In this document: positions 1 to 8,359 of the stretch, piece after piece
Layout: the number at the start of each line of letters is the position of its first letter
How positions within the stretch are numbered: the first letter of the stretch is position 1
IMG/VR virus record: IMGVR_UViG_3300049202_000053
Coordinates: 1 to 33,689 of that record
Reading direction: 5' to 3' (one strand)
Origin: a virus
Lineage: Duplodnaviria > Caudoviricetes
Length of the DNA: 33,689 nucleotides
Notes under the pieces: generated by a model
Seen by the model: the letters and a program-made list of their open reading frames with translations, nothing else
Database searches by the model: none
Told to the model about the DNA's origin: nothing
Made by a program: the position numbers and the translations under genes

Positions 1-309
1 TTAAGCGACCATCTTAGACAGGACATTAACGTCCATTTTTCCAGACTTCTTCACTTCTTGCCAAAAAATTACCAAAGAATTATTACCGCGCTTTTCTTCG
101 CGCTCTATATGAGCGTCAGCCAGCACCGCTAAAGGGTTTAGGTCTAAAAGGTAGGAAATTTTGATCGCTAAATCATCTTCCATAGCGCCACCTCTTGTGC
201 GGTAAGTGCTTATTCTTGACTGATTTACAGCAAGTTTGTTCGCTAACTGATAGTCAGAATCCAGCAAATACGCAGCTTTGACAGCGTCAAGATAATTGAC
301 GGTTTTCAT
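1..309 (-). CDS. Small HTH repressor of the filamentous-phage type (DUF3693-like), ~102 aa
   Basis: MKTVNYLDAVKAAYLLDSDYQLANKLAVNQSRISTYRT is an XRE-like HTH of the YLDAxK..SDYxLAxxL pattern. ATG at 309 follows a GGGGGA SD. Divergent from the early operon. No peptidase domain. Confidence 0.75.
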   Translation of the reverse strand: MKTVNYLDAVKAAYLLDSDYQLANKLAVNQSRISTYRTRGGAMEDDLAIKISYLLDLNPLAVLADAHIEREEKRGNNSLVIFWQEVKKSGKMDVNVLSKMVA

Positions 310-314
310 GTTTT

Positions 315-443
315 GTTCCCCCAAGAACTAACTTTCACTATTGCAGTTTAGGGCCATGCTTCAAGCCCTACAACTAAATCGCACCATTGAAGTACTTCGA
401 GCCTGCGATTACGCTTTGTCCGTGCCCCAGTTCCCCCAAGAAC
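315..443. repeat. 14-bp exact direct repeat GTTCCCCCAAGAAC (315-328 and 430-443) in the switch region
   Basis: Read directly. Has a GTTC-N6-GAAC dyad; the first copy covers the repressor SD. Confidence 0.85.
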
Positions 444-455
444 ACAGGCGCAAAT

Positions 456-517
456 CCCTACGGGCGGCCAGTCAGAACTCCAATTTCCTGACTGGCTTAG
501 CCCGACCGACTGTAGGG
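456..517 (+). promoter_or_regulatory. Long stem-loop in the leader of the early operon
   Basis: GCCAGTCAG (467-475) pairs with CTGACTGGC (488-496), extended by GGGC/GCCC and CCCTAC/GTAGGG. Confidence 0.5.
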
Positions 518-561
518 GTCGGGGAATAGGGCGGTCAAAAACATACAGTGGAGTATCCAGC

Positions 562-852
562 ATGGATATACATACAGTACATCCCGAAAATGAACACAAA
601 CTTAAAGCCCCCATGGAGCTTTTGACGTATCTGGCCGCACATGCCAGCAACGACCAAACGGCTAATGCCAGCATTAATTCAGCGATTGTCGGCCTTGAGC
701 AATGCGCAAAGCTGAACGCCATCACACCGGAGCAAGCCCAGCGCAATGCCTCCTACCTCGACAAAATTAAAGCCATCCTTAAACCAGCCAAAGCCGTTAC
801 GCAGTCAGCCAAGCCCGTTTACACCAACCGTTTAATGGGGCTGCCGCTATGA
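562..852 (+). CDS. Hypothetical phage early protein (first gene of the rightward operon)
   Basis: GGAG SD upstream; ATGA-coupled to the next gene; no HTH recognised. Confidence 0.75.
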   Translation: MDIHTVHPENEHKLKAPMELLTYLAAHASNDQTANASINSAIVGLEQCAKLNAITPEQAQRNASYLDKIKAILKPAKAVTQSAKPVYTNRLMGLPL

Positions 853-1142
853 ACTCCAGCATTGAAAAACCAGTTGAAAACCCGCTGCTAAAAAGCAGTG
901 TGAAGAACTACACAGACGTGCCGCAACCGTGCCATGTGATCAACCTGATTTGTGCAGTGTGCGAGAAGAAAAGCTTTTCTGTAAAAGTGACCGGAGATAG
1001 TTTTTTTTGCTTTTGCGACAGCTGCGGTGCAAGCCATCAGTTAAGTGTTTATAAGTCGGGCCCAAACACAGAAACGCCAGTGGCAGAGTTGCTTATTAAG
1101 CGCCATCAGCCAGTAGTTGAAGTTGTGGAGGTGGCAGCATGA
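849..1142 (+). CDS. Hypothetical Zn-ribbon protein
   Basis: CAVC...CDSC motifs; ATGA overlaps at both ends. Confidence 0.75.
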   Translation: MNSSIEKPVENPLLKSSVKNYTDVPQPCHVINLICAVCEKKSFSVKVTGDSFFCFCDSCGASHQLSVYKSGPNTETPVAELLIKRHQPVVEVVEVAA

Positions 1143-1561
1143 GCAGATTTGATCCGCCACCAGTCAAGATTGGTAACGTCACTAGCCTTGAGAAATTGCG
1201 CCGAGAAACATCAGCCATAGCTTTGGAAAACGAAGCGAACTATTTGATGTGTTCGGTCCAGAAAGAAGACGCCGATTATTTCCTAACAGCCAGAATGGCT
1301 AAACGCTTAAAAGAGCGGGCGCAAAAAATGCGCGACGGTTTGCTGCCGATGTTTTTGATTTGCCCAGGTTGCGGCCTGCAGTTAACCGAAGAACTCAAAG
1401 GCGGCTACCTGTGTTTTTGCCGCCATTGCGTTAATGCATTCCCGCAGGCACCAGACGCGAACGGTTTTATTTTGGTTGGCAAGTATCCAGATTTTCAGTG
1501 GAAGCCAGTCACACAAAACGCTGTTGCCTACGTGCAGAACGGCGGGAAGGTGGCGCTATGA
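1139..1561 (+). CDS. Hypothetical protein with C-terminal Cys-rich domain
   Basis: CPGC..CFCRHC; GGAGG SD; translational coupling. Confidence 0.75.
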   Translation: MSRFDPPPVKIGNVTSLEKLRRETSAIALENEANYLMCSVQKEDADYFLTARMAKRLKERAQKMRDGLLPMFLICPGCGLQLTEELKGGYLCFCRHCVNAFPQAPDANGFILVGKYPDFQWKPVTQNAVAYVQNGGKVAL

Positions 1562-2010
1562 ACAGCATTAAACAAAATAGCCAGTTGTTGAGCCAGTTCG
1601 ATAGTTTTGTGGCTATGCCGCTGCAGGTCAAAGCCTATCAGATTAAACAGGGCGACACGGTGGACTACATCACCGGATGTATTGCAGAGCTGACAACCCA
1701 GCACGGTAAAATTGAGTTTAGCCACACAAGGCCAATCGCCTTGGGTGACTACTTAATTACAGCGATGGTGAACGGCGCCTGCTATGCGTTGCATATGGAT
1801 AAGCCGTCATTCCTTAGTGTTTATGCGCCAAAAGGTGAACACAGACCAACAGCTATAAACGAAAGCGCCGCAAAACAGCTGATCGAACAAGCTCAGGTTT
1901 TAGAAAGGATGCCAGCGCTAAACCACACCACCAGAGAAGCCAAAAAAAAAGTAGCCAACACGCTAAAAAGCGTGGCTTTCCTGCTGCGTAACGGGGAGAA
2001 GCCATTATGA
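1558..2010 (+). CDS. Hypothetical phage protein
   Basis: ATG at 1558 overlaps the upstream TGA, so it is preferred over the 1498 start. Confidence 0.75.
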   Translation: MNSIKQNSQLLSQFDSFVAMPLQVKAYQIKQGDTVDYITGCIAELTTQHGKIEFSHTRPIALGDYLITAMVNGACYALHMDKPSFLSVYAPKGEHRPTAINESAAKQLIEQAQVLERMPALNHTTREAKKKVANTLKSVAFLLRNGEKPL

Positions 2011-2480
2011 ATAATTTCAAAGACACAGCTTATAAGATTTCACCGCCAACAGGCCGTGGAACTGGCTTTAAGTCAGAAGAAGGAAATTACGACAATGGTT
2101 ATGTGTGGAGAAGTAACAGGGGTTTGGTTGAAACAATCCAAGGCTTGGTTCTTGCTACCAGCTATTACTACGGAAAAAGCAAAAAACAAGGCAGCTGCCT
2201 GAGCATCATCAAAGACGGTATGCAGCATCACCGTTTTTTTGAAAAAGAGTACACACAAAAAACGCTGGTTACTCTGGCTAAAAAGTTTGCTGCTGATGTA
2301 TTCAGCAACGCCTCAGACAGAGCAGCAGAGCGCGATGCAGCAGTGGCAGAGAAAGCTTATTCACAGGGTTTTCTTGACGGGTACTTTACCGAGGAAGTGT
2401 TAAACAACCCCAGTGCTGCGGCAGCCGATGGCGCTTCGATGTACAGCACACTTTTTAACACTATGGCAGGTGCCTTATGA
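2007..2480 (+). CDS. Hypothetical phage protein
   Basis: 157-aa ORF, ATGA-coupled, GGGGAG SD. Confidence 0.75.
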   Translation: MNNFKDTAYKISPPTGRGTGFKSEEGNYDNGYVWRSNRGLVETIQGLVLATSYYYGKSKKQGSCLSIIKDGMQHHRFFEKEYTQKTLVTLAKKFAADVFSNASDRAAERDAAVAEKAYSQGFLDGYFTEEVLNNPSAAAADGASMYSTLFNTMAGAL

Positions 2481-2692
2481 GCATTGTCGGAGGTTGCCCA
2501 ATTTGTGGCGCTATGACTGCGCTGTTTAGTGTGCTGATCCCAGGCACACACCACACAAGATACATCTGTGAAGACTGCGAAAACGATATCAACCGGGAAC
2601 TGGCGGCAAAAAATACTTGCTTAGGTTGCGGTGAAGTATCTGAAGAGTGTTCCTGCCCACAGGTTTTTGAGGAAAAGGCAGGTGCAGCATGA
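2477..2692 (+). CDS. Small Cys-rich (Zn-finger) protein
   Basis: CPIC, CEDC, CLGC, CSC motifs; coupled. Confidence 0.7.
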   Translation: MSIVGGCPICGAMTALFSVLIPGTHHTRYICEDCENDINRELAAKNTCLGCGEVSEECSCPQVFEEKAGAA

Positions 2693-2931
2693 CTATCGGA
2701 TCATATGGCATTCCATGTTCAGGCTGTGGCGTGAATTTAACGCAGGAAAATATCGGCGGTTATCGCTGCTACTGCGAAACGTGCGTTGCGGTGATCCCAC
2801 AACTGCCAGAAGCGCCAGCCGGAACGGGTTTTATCCTTACCGGCACTTACCCGTATTTTAAGTGGCACGCCGCCGCTGATAAACCAGCAGCGCCGAGCAA
2901 AGGCTTCACGGATGAGGATATCCCACAATGA
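2689..2931 (+). CDS. Small Cys-rich protein, paralogous to the C-terminus of 1139..1561
   Basis: CSGCGVNLTQENIGGYRCYCETC...GFILTGTYPYFKW aligns with CPGCGLQLTEELKGGYLCFCRHC...GFILVGKYPDFQW. Confidence 0.75.
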   Translation: MTIGSYGIPCSGCGVNLTQENIGGYRCYCETCVAVIPQLPEAPAGTGFILTGTYPYFKWHAAADKPAAPSKGFTDEDIPQ

Positions 2932-3740
2932 ATAAGCCATTTTTAAAATGGGCTGGCGGCAAGTCAAAACTGGCTGCCCGTATCAGCTCTGTGTTGCCAA
3001 AGGCTAAGTGCCTGGTCGAGCCGTTTGTGGGTGCCGGTTCAATTTTCCTGAACACGGATTATGAAGCCTATGTGTTATGCGACATAAACCCCGACCTGAT
3101 CAACACCTTCACGCAGCTTAAACAGCATCCATCGTTATTTATCGCCGATGCACGGGAGCTGTTTACATCGGCCAATAACAACGATGCCATGTTTCGCCAA
3201 CTGAAAGCCCGGTTTAATTCCACCGCTGATCAGTACGAAAAGGCGCTGTTGTTTGTATACCTGAACCGATTTTGCTTTAACGGCCTGTGCCGGTACAACA
3301 AGAAAGGCGAGTTCAATGTGGCGTTTGGAAAATACAAAGAACCGTATTTCCCATGCGAAGAAATGATCGCTTTTGCCAGCCGATTAGACCGCGCCGAACT
3401 GCATTGCCGCAGCTTTGAAGAAACCTTCAAACACCTGCCAGCTGACAGCGTTGTGTATTGCGACCCGCCATACCTGCCGCTATCCAGCACCGCCAACTTT
3501 ACAGCCTACAGCGCAGGCGGTTTCGGCCCACTCGAACAGCGCTATTTGGCCTATCTGGCGAAAAACTGCCAAGTGCCTGTGGTTATTTCAAACCACGACA
3601 CAGCCGAAAGCCGAGGCCTGTACTCAGGCGCAGAACTGCAGTGCTTTGAAGTACAGCGCAGCATATCAACCGACATAGAAAACAGGGGCAAAGCCCAAGA
3701 GCTGATCGCCTTGTTTATGCCACAGGAGAAGGCAGCATGA
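2928..3740 (+). CDS. dam: Dam-family DNA adenine methyltransferase
   Basis: KPFLKWAGGK, EPFVGAGS, LNRFCFNGLCRYN and DPPY motifs. Confidence 0.95.
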   Translation: MNKPFLKWAGGKSKLAARISSVLPKAKCLVEPFVGAGSIFLNTDYEAYVLCDINPDLINTFTQLKQHPSLFIADARELFTSANNNDAMFRQLKARFNSTADQYEKALLFVYLNRFCFNGLCRYNKKGEFNVAFGKYKEPYFPCEEMIAFASRLDRAELHCRSFEETFKHLPADSVVYCDPPYLPLSSTANFTAYSAGGFGPLEQRYLAYLAKNCQVPVVISNHDTAESRGLYSGAELQCFEVQRSISTDIENRGKAQELIALFMPQEKAA

Positions 3741-4627
3741 TAATTACCGCAAACAGCTATTTCAGCGGCATAGGCCTGCTGGATTTAGGTTTAATGCAAG
3801 CCGGAATTGTTATCAACAGCGCCTTTGAACTGGATGCAGACGCTTGCAAAACTTACAGTGCGAATCATCAGCACAAGCTGATCCAGTGCGACTTGTCCCA
3901 ACAGTTGGTTATGGAGCAAGAAAGCTGCGACCTGATGGCGTTTACTTATCCTTGCACCAAATACAGCACTATGGCAGATATAAACGGAACCCGCACAGGT
4001 GACGATTTATTCCTGCATGCGTTGCGTCATTTAGCCATAGCAAGACCAGAAGCTTACTTAGTTGAAAACGTGCCAGGCATGCGCGCTTTTCCGGTGGTAA
4101 TGGAAGCCATGAGTAAGTTGCCGGATTACTACGTGCAGGTTTTTTGCCCGATTAAAACCGAAACTTGGCTGCCACAACGCCGTGACAGGCTGATCATTAT
4201 TGGCACCCGCCGCCAGTTCGCTATTCGGCCGCCAGAAGGAACAAGGGCTATCAGCCTTGCGGATATTGTGGAAGCGGATCCACAGGTCACTTTGCCCAGT
4301 GCAATAGCCACCAGAATGAGCGGCCAGTACCGTGATTTACCAATCATTTCAGACCCAGCAAAAGGCGATATAGCACCAACGTGCATTGCACATTACGCCA
4401 AAGACAAAAGCACCCGCCTAATTGCGGATAAACGCTTTCCGTTAGGGGTTCGCCCTTACTCAGTACGTGAATATGCACGCCTTCAAGGCATACCGGATTC
4501 GTTCAAATTTCCAGTATCAGAAACCGCCGCTTATCGCCAGATAGGCAACGGCGTACCTGTGCATATGGGCCGCTGGGCAGGTAAGGAATTAGTGCGTTAT
4601 TTCAATCACAGGAGCTTAGCAGCATGA
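3737..4627 (+). CDS. C5-cytosine DNA methyltransferase (orphan)
   Basis: Motif I FSGIG, catalytic PC (TYPC), ENV, QRRDR, YRQIGNGV. Confidence 0.92.
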   Translation: MIITANSYFSGIGLLDLGLMQAGIVINSAFELDADACKTYSANHQHKLIQCDLSQQLVMEQESCDLMAFTYPCTKYSTMADINGTRTGDDLFLHALRHLAIARPEAYLVENVPGMRAFPVVMEAMSKLPDYYVQVFCPIKTETWLPQRRDRLIIIGTRRQFAIRPPEGTRAISLADIVEADPQVTLPSAIATRMSGQYRDLPIISDPAKGDIAPTCIAHYAKDKSTRLIADKRFPLGVRPYSVREYARLQGIPDSFKFPVSETAAYRQIGNGVPVHMGRWAGKELVRYFNHRSLAA

Positions 4628-4806
4628 CAGCAATAGCCGTGGGTATTTTGACTGGCCTGTCGTGGGCTTTGAATCTGTTTTTGCTGATCAAAGAAGCCAA
4701 TAAACCGCTGACCAGATCAGAAAAAATAGCAAAAGTTACATCACAAACTCTGCTTGTTGTGATGGTCATTTTATTAATTAATTTCCAAAGATTGGTGACA
4801 CCATGA
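4624..4806 (+). CDS. Small two-TM membrane protein
   Basis: Two hydrophobic stretches; GGAG SD; ATGA coupling. Confidence 0.6.
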   Translation: MTAIAVGILTGLSWALNLFLLIKEANKPLTRSEKIAKVTSQTLLVVMVILLINFQRLVTP

Positions 4807-5192
4807 GCCAGCAAACCAATACAGCCGCATTAGCGGCAATCACAAATTTTCGTGTTCCGGCTGGCCGTGCTGTAGCCGTTTTGAAAGACAAACTGCAGGG
4901 ATTAATCGCTATTGCGCCTGTCGGTTATTCCAATGGCGGTACAGAAGTGCATGAGCGTTTAGGCTTTATTCAAACCATAAACCCTGATCCAACCTGCGAA
5001 CACGCCGCCTTTGATTTTATGTACACCGACGAAGAAGGCACCGCAGAAACCACAATTGTGGACGATGAAGAAATAACCCTTTGCTTTATGCCACACCAGC
5101 TGCATTTGCTGGAAAAGTTTCAAAGCAAAACGATCACTAAAACAGCGGCTGTTGGTTTCAGCATGTTTGTCGGTAAGGGGCTTACATCATGA
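4803..5192 (+). CDS. Hypothetical phage protein
   Basis: 129-aa coupled ORF. Confidence 0.7.
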   Translation: MSQQTNTAALAAITNFRVPAGRAVAVLKDKLQGLIAIAPVGYSNGGTEVHERLGFIQTINPDPTCEHAAFDFMYTDEEGTAETTIVDDEEITLCFMPHQLHLLEKFQSKTITKTAAVGFSMFVGKGLTS

Positions 5193-5455
5193 TTTCAATC
5201 AAAGAGCCAAAGAAGTTTTCATTTGTTGATGCCGTAAAAGCCAGCGGAATTTTTGCAGGTGTTGGGTGCGGCATCAGCTTAGCCTTCTTGGTATTTATCA
5301 TTGCTGTGGTAGATGAAAAGACTGGAACCATTTCAGCCGAGTACTGCGCCGAAGAACTGGTATCACGCAAACCAGTAGACGGCCGCCTGGTTGAGTCGCG
5401 CAGCTGCAAAAGCTGGGTAGGTTGGCCAATTGAAATCCGTGAAGTAAAGCAGTGA
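5189..5455 (+). CDS. Small membrane protein
   Basis: One TM segment (GIFAGVGCGISLAFLVFIIAV); coupled. Confidence 0.65.
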   Translation: MISIKEPKKFSFVDAVKASGIFAGVGCGISLAFLVFIIAVVDEKTGTISAEYCAEELVSRKPVDGRLVESRSCKSWVGWPIEIREVKQ

Positions 5456-5462
5456 TCTGACT

Positions 5463-7439
5463 ATGCATTTAAACCCAGCCCTTAACCGTGACCAGCAGCG
5501 TTTTGTCGATAAAATGCTGCATGGGATGCCAAAGTCTTTCACGGCAGAGCTTTGGCCTTTGGCGCAGGCAGCAAAAGACAACCCGACACCAGAAAACAAC
5601 CTGAAGTTACGCAAAGCGGCCACGAAAAAGCGCAAGCAATACGGCCGAAAACTGCGTTATCTGCAACAGTTTAAAATTCCCGCCAAGGTGATAAACCACA
5701 AAGAAAGCACCAAAAAGCTGGCCGACGAATTGGCCCAGCAGTGCTATGCCGACATGGTGGAAGCCGCCGAATGTTTAGGGCCGGAATACATCGAACACGA
5801 AGACAGAGTAAAAGCGGTGTACGAAATAGTGTGCAGCTTAAGCGTGCAGCGTTTGCCGCAAGTTCAGCCGCCGCTGTGGGGTATGGAAACCGACACCTTA
5901 GCCATGGAATGCGCTTTACTGCGGATCCAGTGTGCCAAGTGGTGGCGCCGCAAGCTGCTAAAGCTGCGTCGTCAGCACCTTGAAACGCTGGAAATAATGC
6001 AAGGCAAGGTTGGCAGAGAATCCAGCCCATACGCCAGCCGCCGCGCTGTGGCAGAGTTTATCCGGGATAAAGCAGCACAGCGCCGCTGGGCCGAATCTTT
6101 AACATTGGTCAATGAATGCGGCGACGAAATAGCACTGATCAACGCCATTGAAGCAAGCACAGCCAACCCTGAAAACGCCCGGGCTGAACTGATGAAACGC
6201 ATTCGCGGCATGGAAGAATGGGCCGAAGAAATAGGCTTTGGAGCCGTGTTTATCACAGTGACAGCACCGTCTGAATACCATTCAGCCAGCAGCCAATGGA
6301 ACGGCAGCAACCCAAAAGACACCAGCAGATACATGGTTGATACCTGGGCAAAAGCACGCGCCAAACTAAAAAGGGCAGGTGCCCAGTATTTCGGTGTACG
6401 GGTGGCAGAACCACACAAAGACGGTACGCCGCACTGGCACATGCTGCTGTTTGCACCAAAGGGCGACCTTAAAGCAATTTGCCGTTGCATTCGCTGGTAC
6501 TTCTGTAAAGAAAATAAAGACGAACTATTAGCCCGTTTTAAAAACCGCCATAAGTTACGCAAGCTTTACCGCAAAGCCCGTTCTGCGTGGGGTTATCAAA
6601 AGTCATTAGGTAAAAAAGCCAGCGAGCCGCGCAAGTTCCATTATCCGTTTCAGCCACGCTTTGATGCTGAATACATCGACCAAAGCAAGGGCAGTGCAGC
6701 GTCTTACATTGCGAAATATGTCAGCAAAAACATTAACGGTTTTGAAGTGGCTGATCTGATAGACGCCGAAACAGGCAAAACCTTGGGCGAAGGCGTAATG
6801 AACGTGAAAACGTGGGCCAGCGTATGGAACATTCGCCAATTCCAGTTTCAGGGCTGCGACCCAATAACGGCCTACCGCGAAATTCGGCGTGTGCGCGAAG
6901 CCTTTAGCGAAGAACACATGAAAGAACTGGAGCAATTGCGCCAGGCTGCAGAAAGCAACGACTTTGTAAATTTCATCAGGGCGCTACGCACGATAAAGGT
7001 AGAAATTCAGTACGAAGTTACCCCATACGGCAACGAGTACGGCGAAGCAGTAAAAAGAGTAAAGGGCATCGGCACATTTTCAGTGGCGGTTTTGACGCGG
7101 CCGCATAAGTGGGAAATGCGCCGGAGCGCTGTTAAGTCTGGCGCAGCCGGACAATCTTGGACTTGTGGCGCTAACTGTACGGATGGATCGCAGGGGGGAT
7201 CAGAAGATCGGGGTTCTGTCCGGAACTCAGGTAAACAAATAGCGCCAACCCAAAAGCCGCCAGAAAAGGCCAATCTCCACGGGCTTGACGCCGAGGCCAT
7301 CACCCTGTTGAACAGGGGCTATACGGTAAATATCAGCGGTACGCGCTGGAAAATGCGCCACGGAACCGTGGAACAGCTGCCAGAACCACCAAACCAAAGC
7401 CAGAGGGTGAATTATGTTGTTGCTCGCGGTCGACCATAG
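5463..7439 (+). CDS. P2 gpA-type rolling-circle replication endonuclease
   Basis: FITVTAPSEYH, HUH motif EPHKDGTPHWH, YIAKYVSKNI catalytic tyrosines, WASVWNIRQFQF. Confidence 0.95.
   Translation: MHLNPALNRDQQRFVDKMLHGMPKSFTAELWPLAQAAKDNPTPENNLKLRKAATKKRKQYGRKLRYLQQFKIPAKVINHKESTKKLADELAQQCYADMVEAAECLGPEYIEHEDRVKAVYEIVCSLSVQRLPQVQPPLWGMETDTLAMECALLRIQCAKWWRRKLLKLRRQHLETLEIMQGKVGRESSPYASRRAVAEFIRDKAAQRRWAESLTLVNECGDEIALINAIEASTANPENARAELMKRIRGMEEWAEEIGFGAVFITVTAPSEYHSASSQWNGSNPKDTSRYMVDTWAKARAKLKRAGAQYFGVRVAEPHKDGTPHWHMLLFAPKGDLKAICRCIRWYFCKENKDELLARFKNRHKLRKLYRKARSAWGYQKSLGKKASEPRKFHYPFQPRFDAEYIDQSKGSAASYIAKYVSKNINGFEVADLIDAETGKTLGEGVMNVKTWASVWNIRQFQFQGCDPITAYREIRRVREAFSEEHMKELEQLRQAAESNDFVNFIRALRTIKVEIQYEVTPYGNEYGEAVKRVKGIGTFSVAVLTRPHKWEMRRSAVKSGAAGQSWTCGANCTDGSQGGSEDRGSVRNSGKQIAPTQKPPEKANLHGLDAEAITLLNRGYTVNISGTRWKMRHGTVEQLPEPPNQSQRVNYVVARGRP
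7156..7180 (+). other. Putative rolling-circle origin (nick site) inside the rep gene
   Basis: CTTGGACTTGTGGCGCTAACTGTAC resembles the P2/186/HP1 ori pattern CTYGGAST..TG.CA.TAACTGT, which lies in the 3' part of gene A. Confidence 0.7.
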
Positions 7440-7916
7440 TCGGCAATGTCTGCGCCAGCTGGCACCGGCACGAATAGACAGGGCCGACTGCACAGGCCTT
7501 GCTGCTGCTTTTACAGCTGCAGCACAGTCAGTTTTGACTACGCTGGCCATAGCGAAAAATGTAGTTGAATTTGACTATGGGACCTGGGTTCGTAGACATA
7601 TCTGTCTGTGCTTCAGCGTAGTCGGGGGCAGCTATGTCAGCAGCTAGTTACTTGGGCGCGAAAAATGGCAGCGGTGTTTACCAGGCAATTATCAACCTGA
7701 TGCCACCACACGACACCTATATCGAAGCGTTTTTAGGCACTGGCGCAGTCATGCGCAGGAAAGGCCCAGCCAGCCGCAGCATTGGTATTGATAAAAATCA
7801 GGAATGCATAGACGGTTTTGTCTATGCCAGCTCGAGTGGAATAGATGCAGCTGACTACGTGGTACCAGAACTTGTTTTAGGGGATGCCTTTAGCTACATA
7901 GCGAACTTTGACTACG
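7435..7916. repeat. Array of nine 20-bp imperfect palindromes NRYAG-N10-CTRYR
   Basis: Units start at 7435, 7473, 7523, 7560, 7591, 7617, 7807, 7840 and 7897 (e.g. CATAGACggttttGTCTATG). Confidence 0.85.
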
Positions 7917-8359
7917 CTGCAGCTGGTAAAACGCTGATCTACTGCGACCCGCCTTATTTGCATAGCACCAGAACGAGTAAACATAGGTATAAGTTTGAGA
8001 TAACAGAACAAGAGCACAAGGAATTGCTGCAGATAATAAAGGCAGTGCCTGCACTGGTGATCTTATCGGGCTACCGAAACGACATTTACGAACAGGAATT
8101 ATCAGGCTGGTGGAGCATGGATTTTCAAGCTATGTCACACGGCGGGGTAAGAACTGAAACTGTGTGGTGTAACTTTGAACCAGGTAAAGTGCATTACCAC
8201 CGCTACGCCGGAAAAAACGCCACAGACAGACAACGTATTCAGCGCAAGGCTGCACGCTGGGCAAAGAACTTTGCCGAACTGCCGCCACCAGAACAGCAAG
8301 CAATACTGGCCGCTTTGTTATCAGCAGGTGATAAAACACAACCGCAGGGGGATTTATGA
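7634..8359 (+). CDS. Small D12-class N6-adenine DNA methyltransferase
   Basis: SYLGAK, YIEAFLGTGAV, IYCDPPY, ILSGY, TETVW motifs. Confidence 0.88.
   Translation: MSAASYLGAKNGSGVYQAIINLMPPHDTYIEAFLGTGAVMRRKGPASRSIGIDKNQECIDGFVYASSSGIDAADYVVPELVLGDAFSYIANFDYAAAGKTLIYCDPPYLHSTRTSKHRYKFEITEQEHKELLQIIKAVPALVILSGYRNDIYEQELSGWWSMDFQAMSHGGVRTETVWCNFEPGKVHYHRYAGKNATDRQRIQRKAARWAKNFAELPPPEQQAILAALLSAGDKTQPQGDL

Noticed and set aside
560-579. LexA (SOS) box ATG-N10-CAG over the first early gene start
   Set aside because: The right half matches, but the invariant CTG is ATG. Too weak to call.
341-746. ORFs 341..529 (+) and 348..746 (-) as cox/cro
   Set aside because: No HTH pattern or good SD; they overlap a structured leader and a better-supported gene.
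2928-4627. Restriction-modification system
   Set aside because: No adjacent ORF with recognisable nuclease motifs; these look like orphan methyltransferases.
7414-7647. 77-aa ORF between rep and the methyltransferase
   Set aside because: It coincides with the palindrome array and has no clear SD or protein features; likely a by-product of the repeats.
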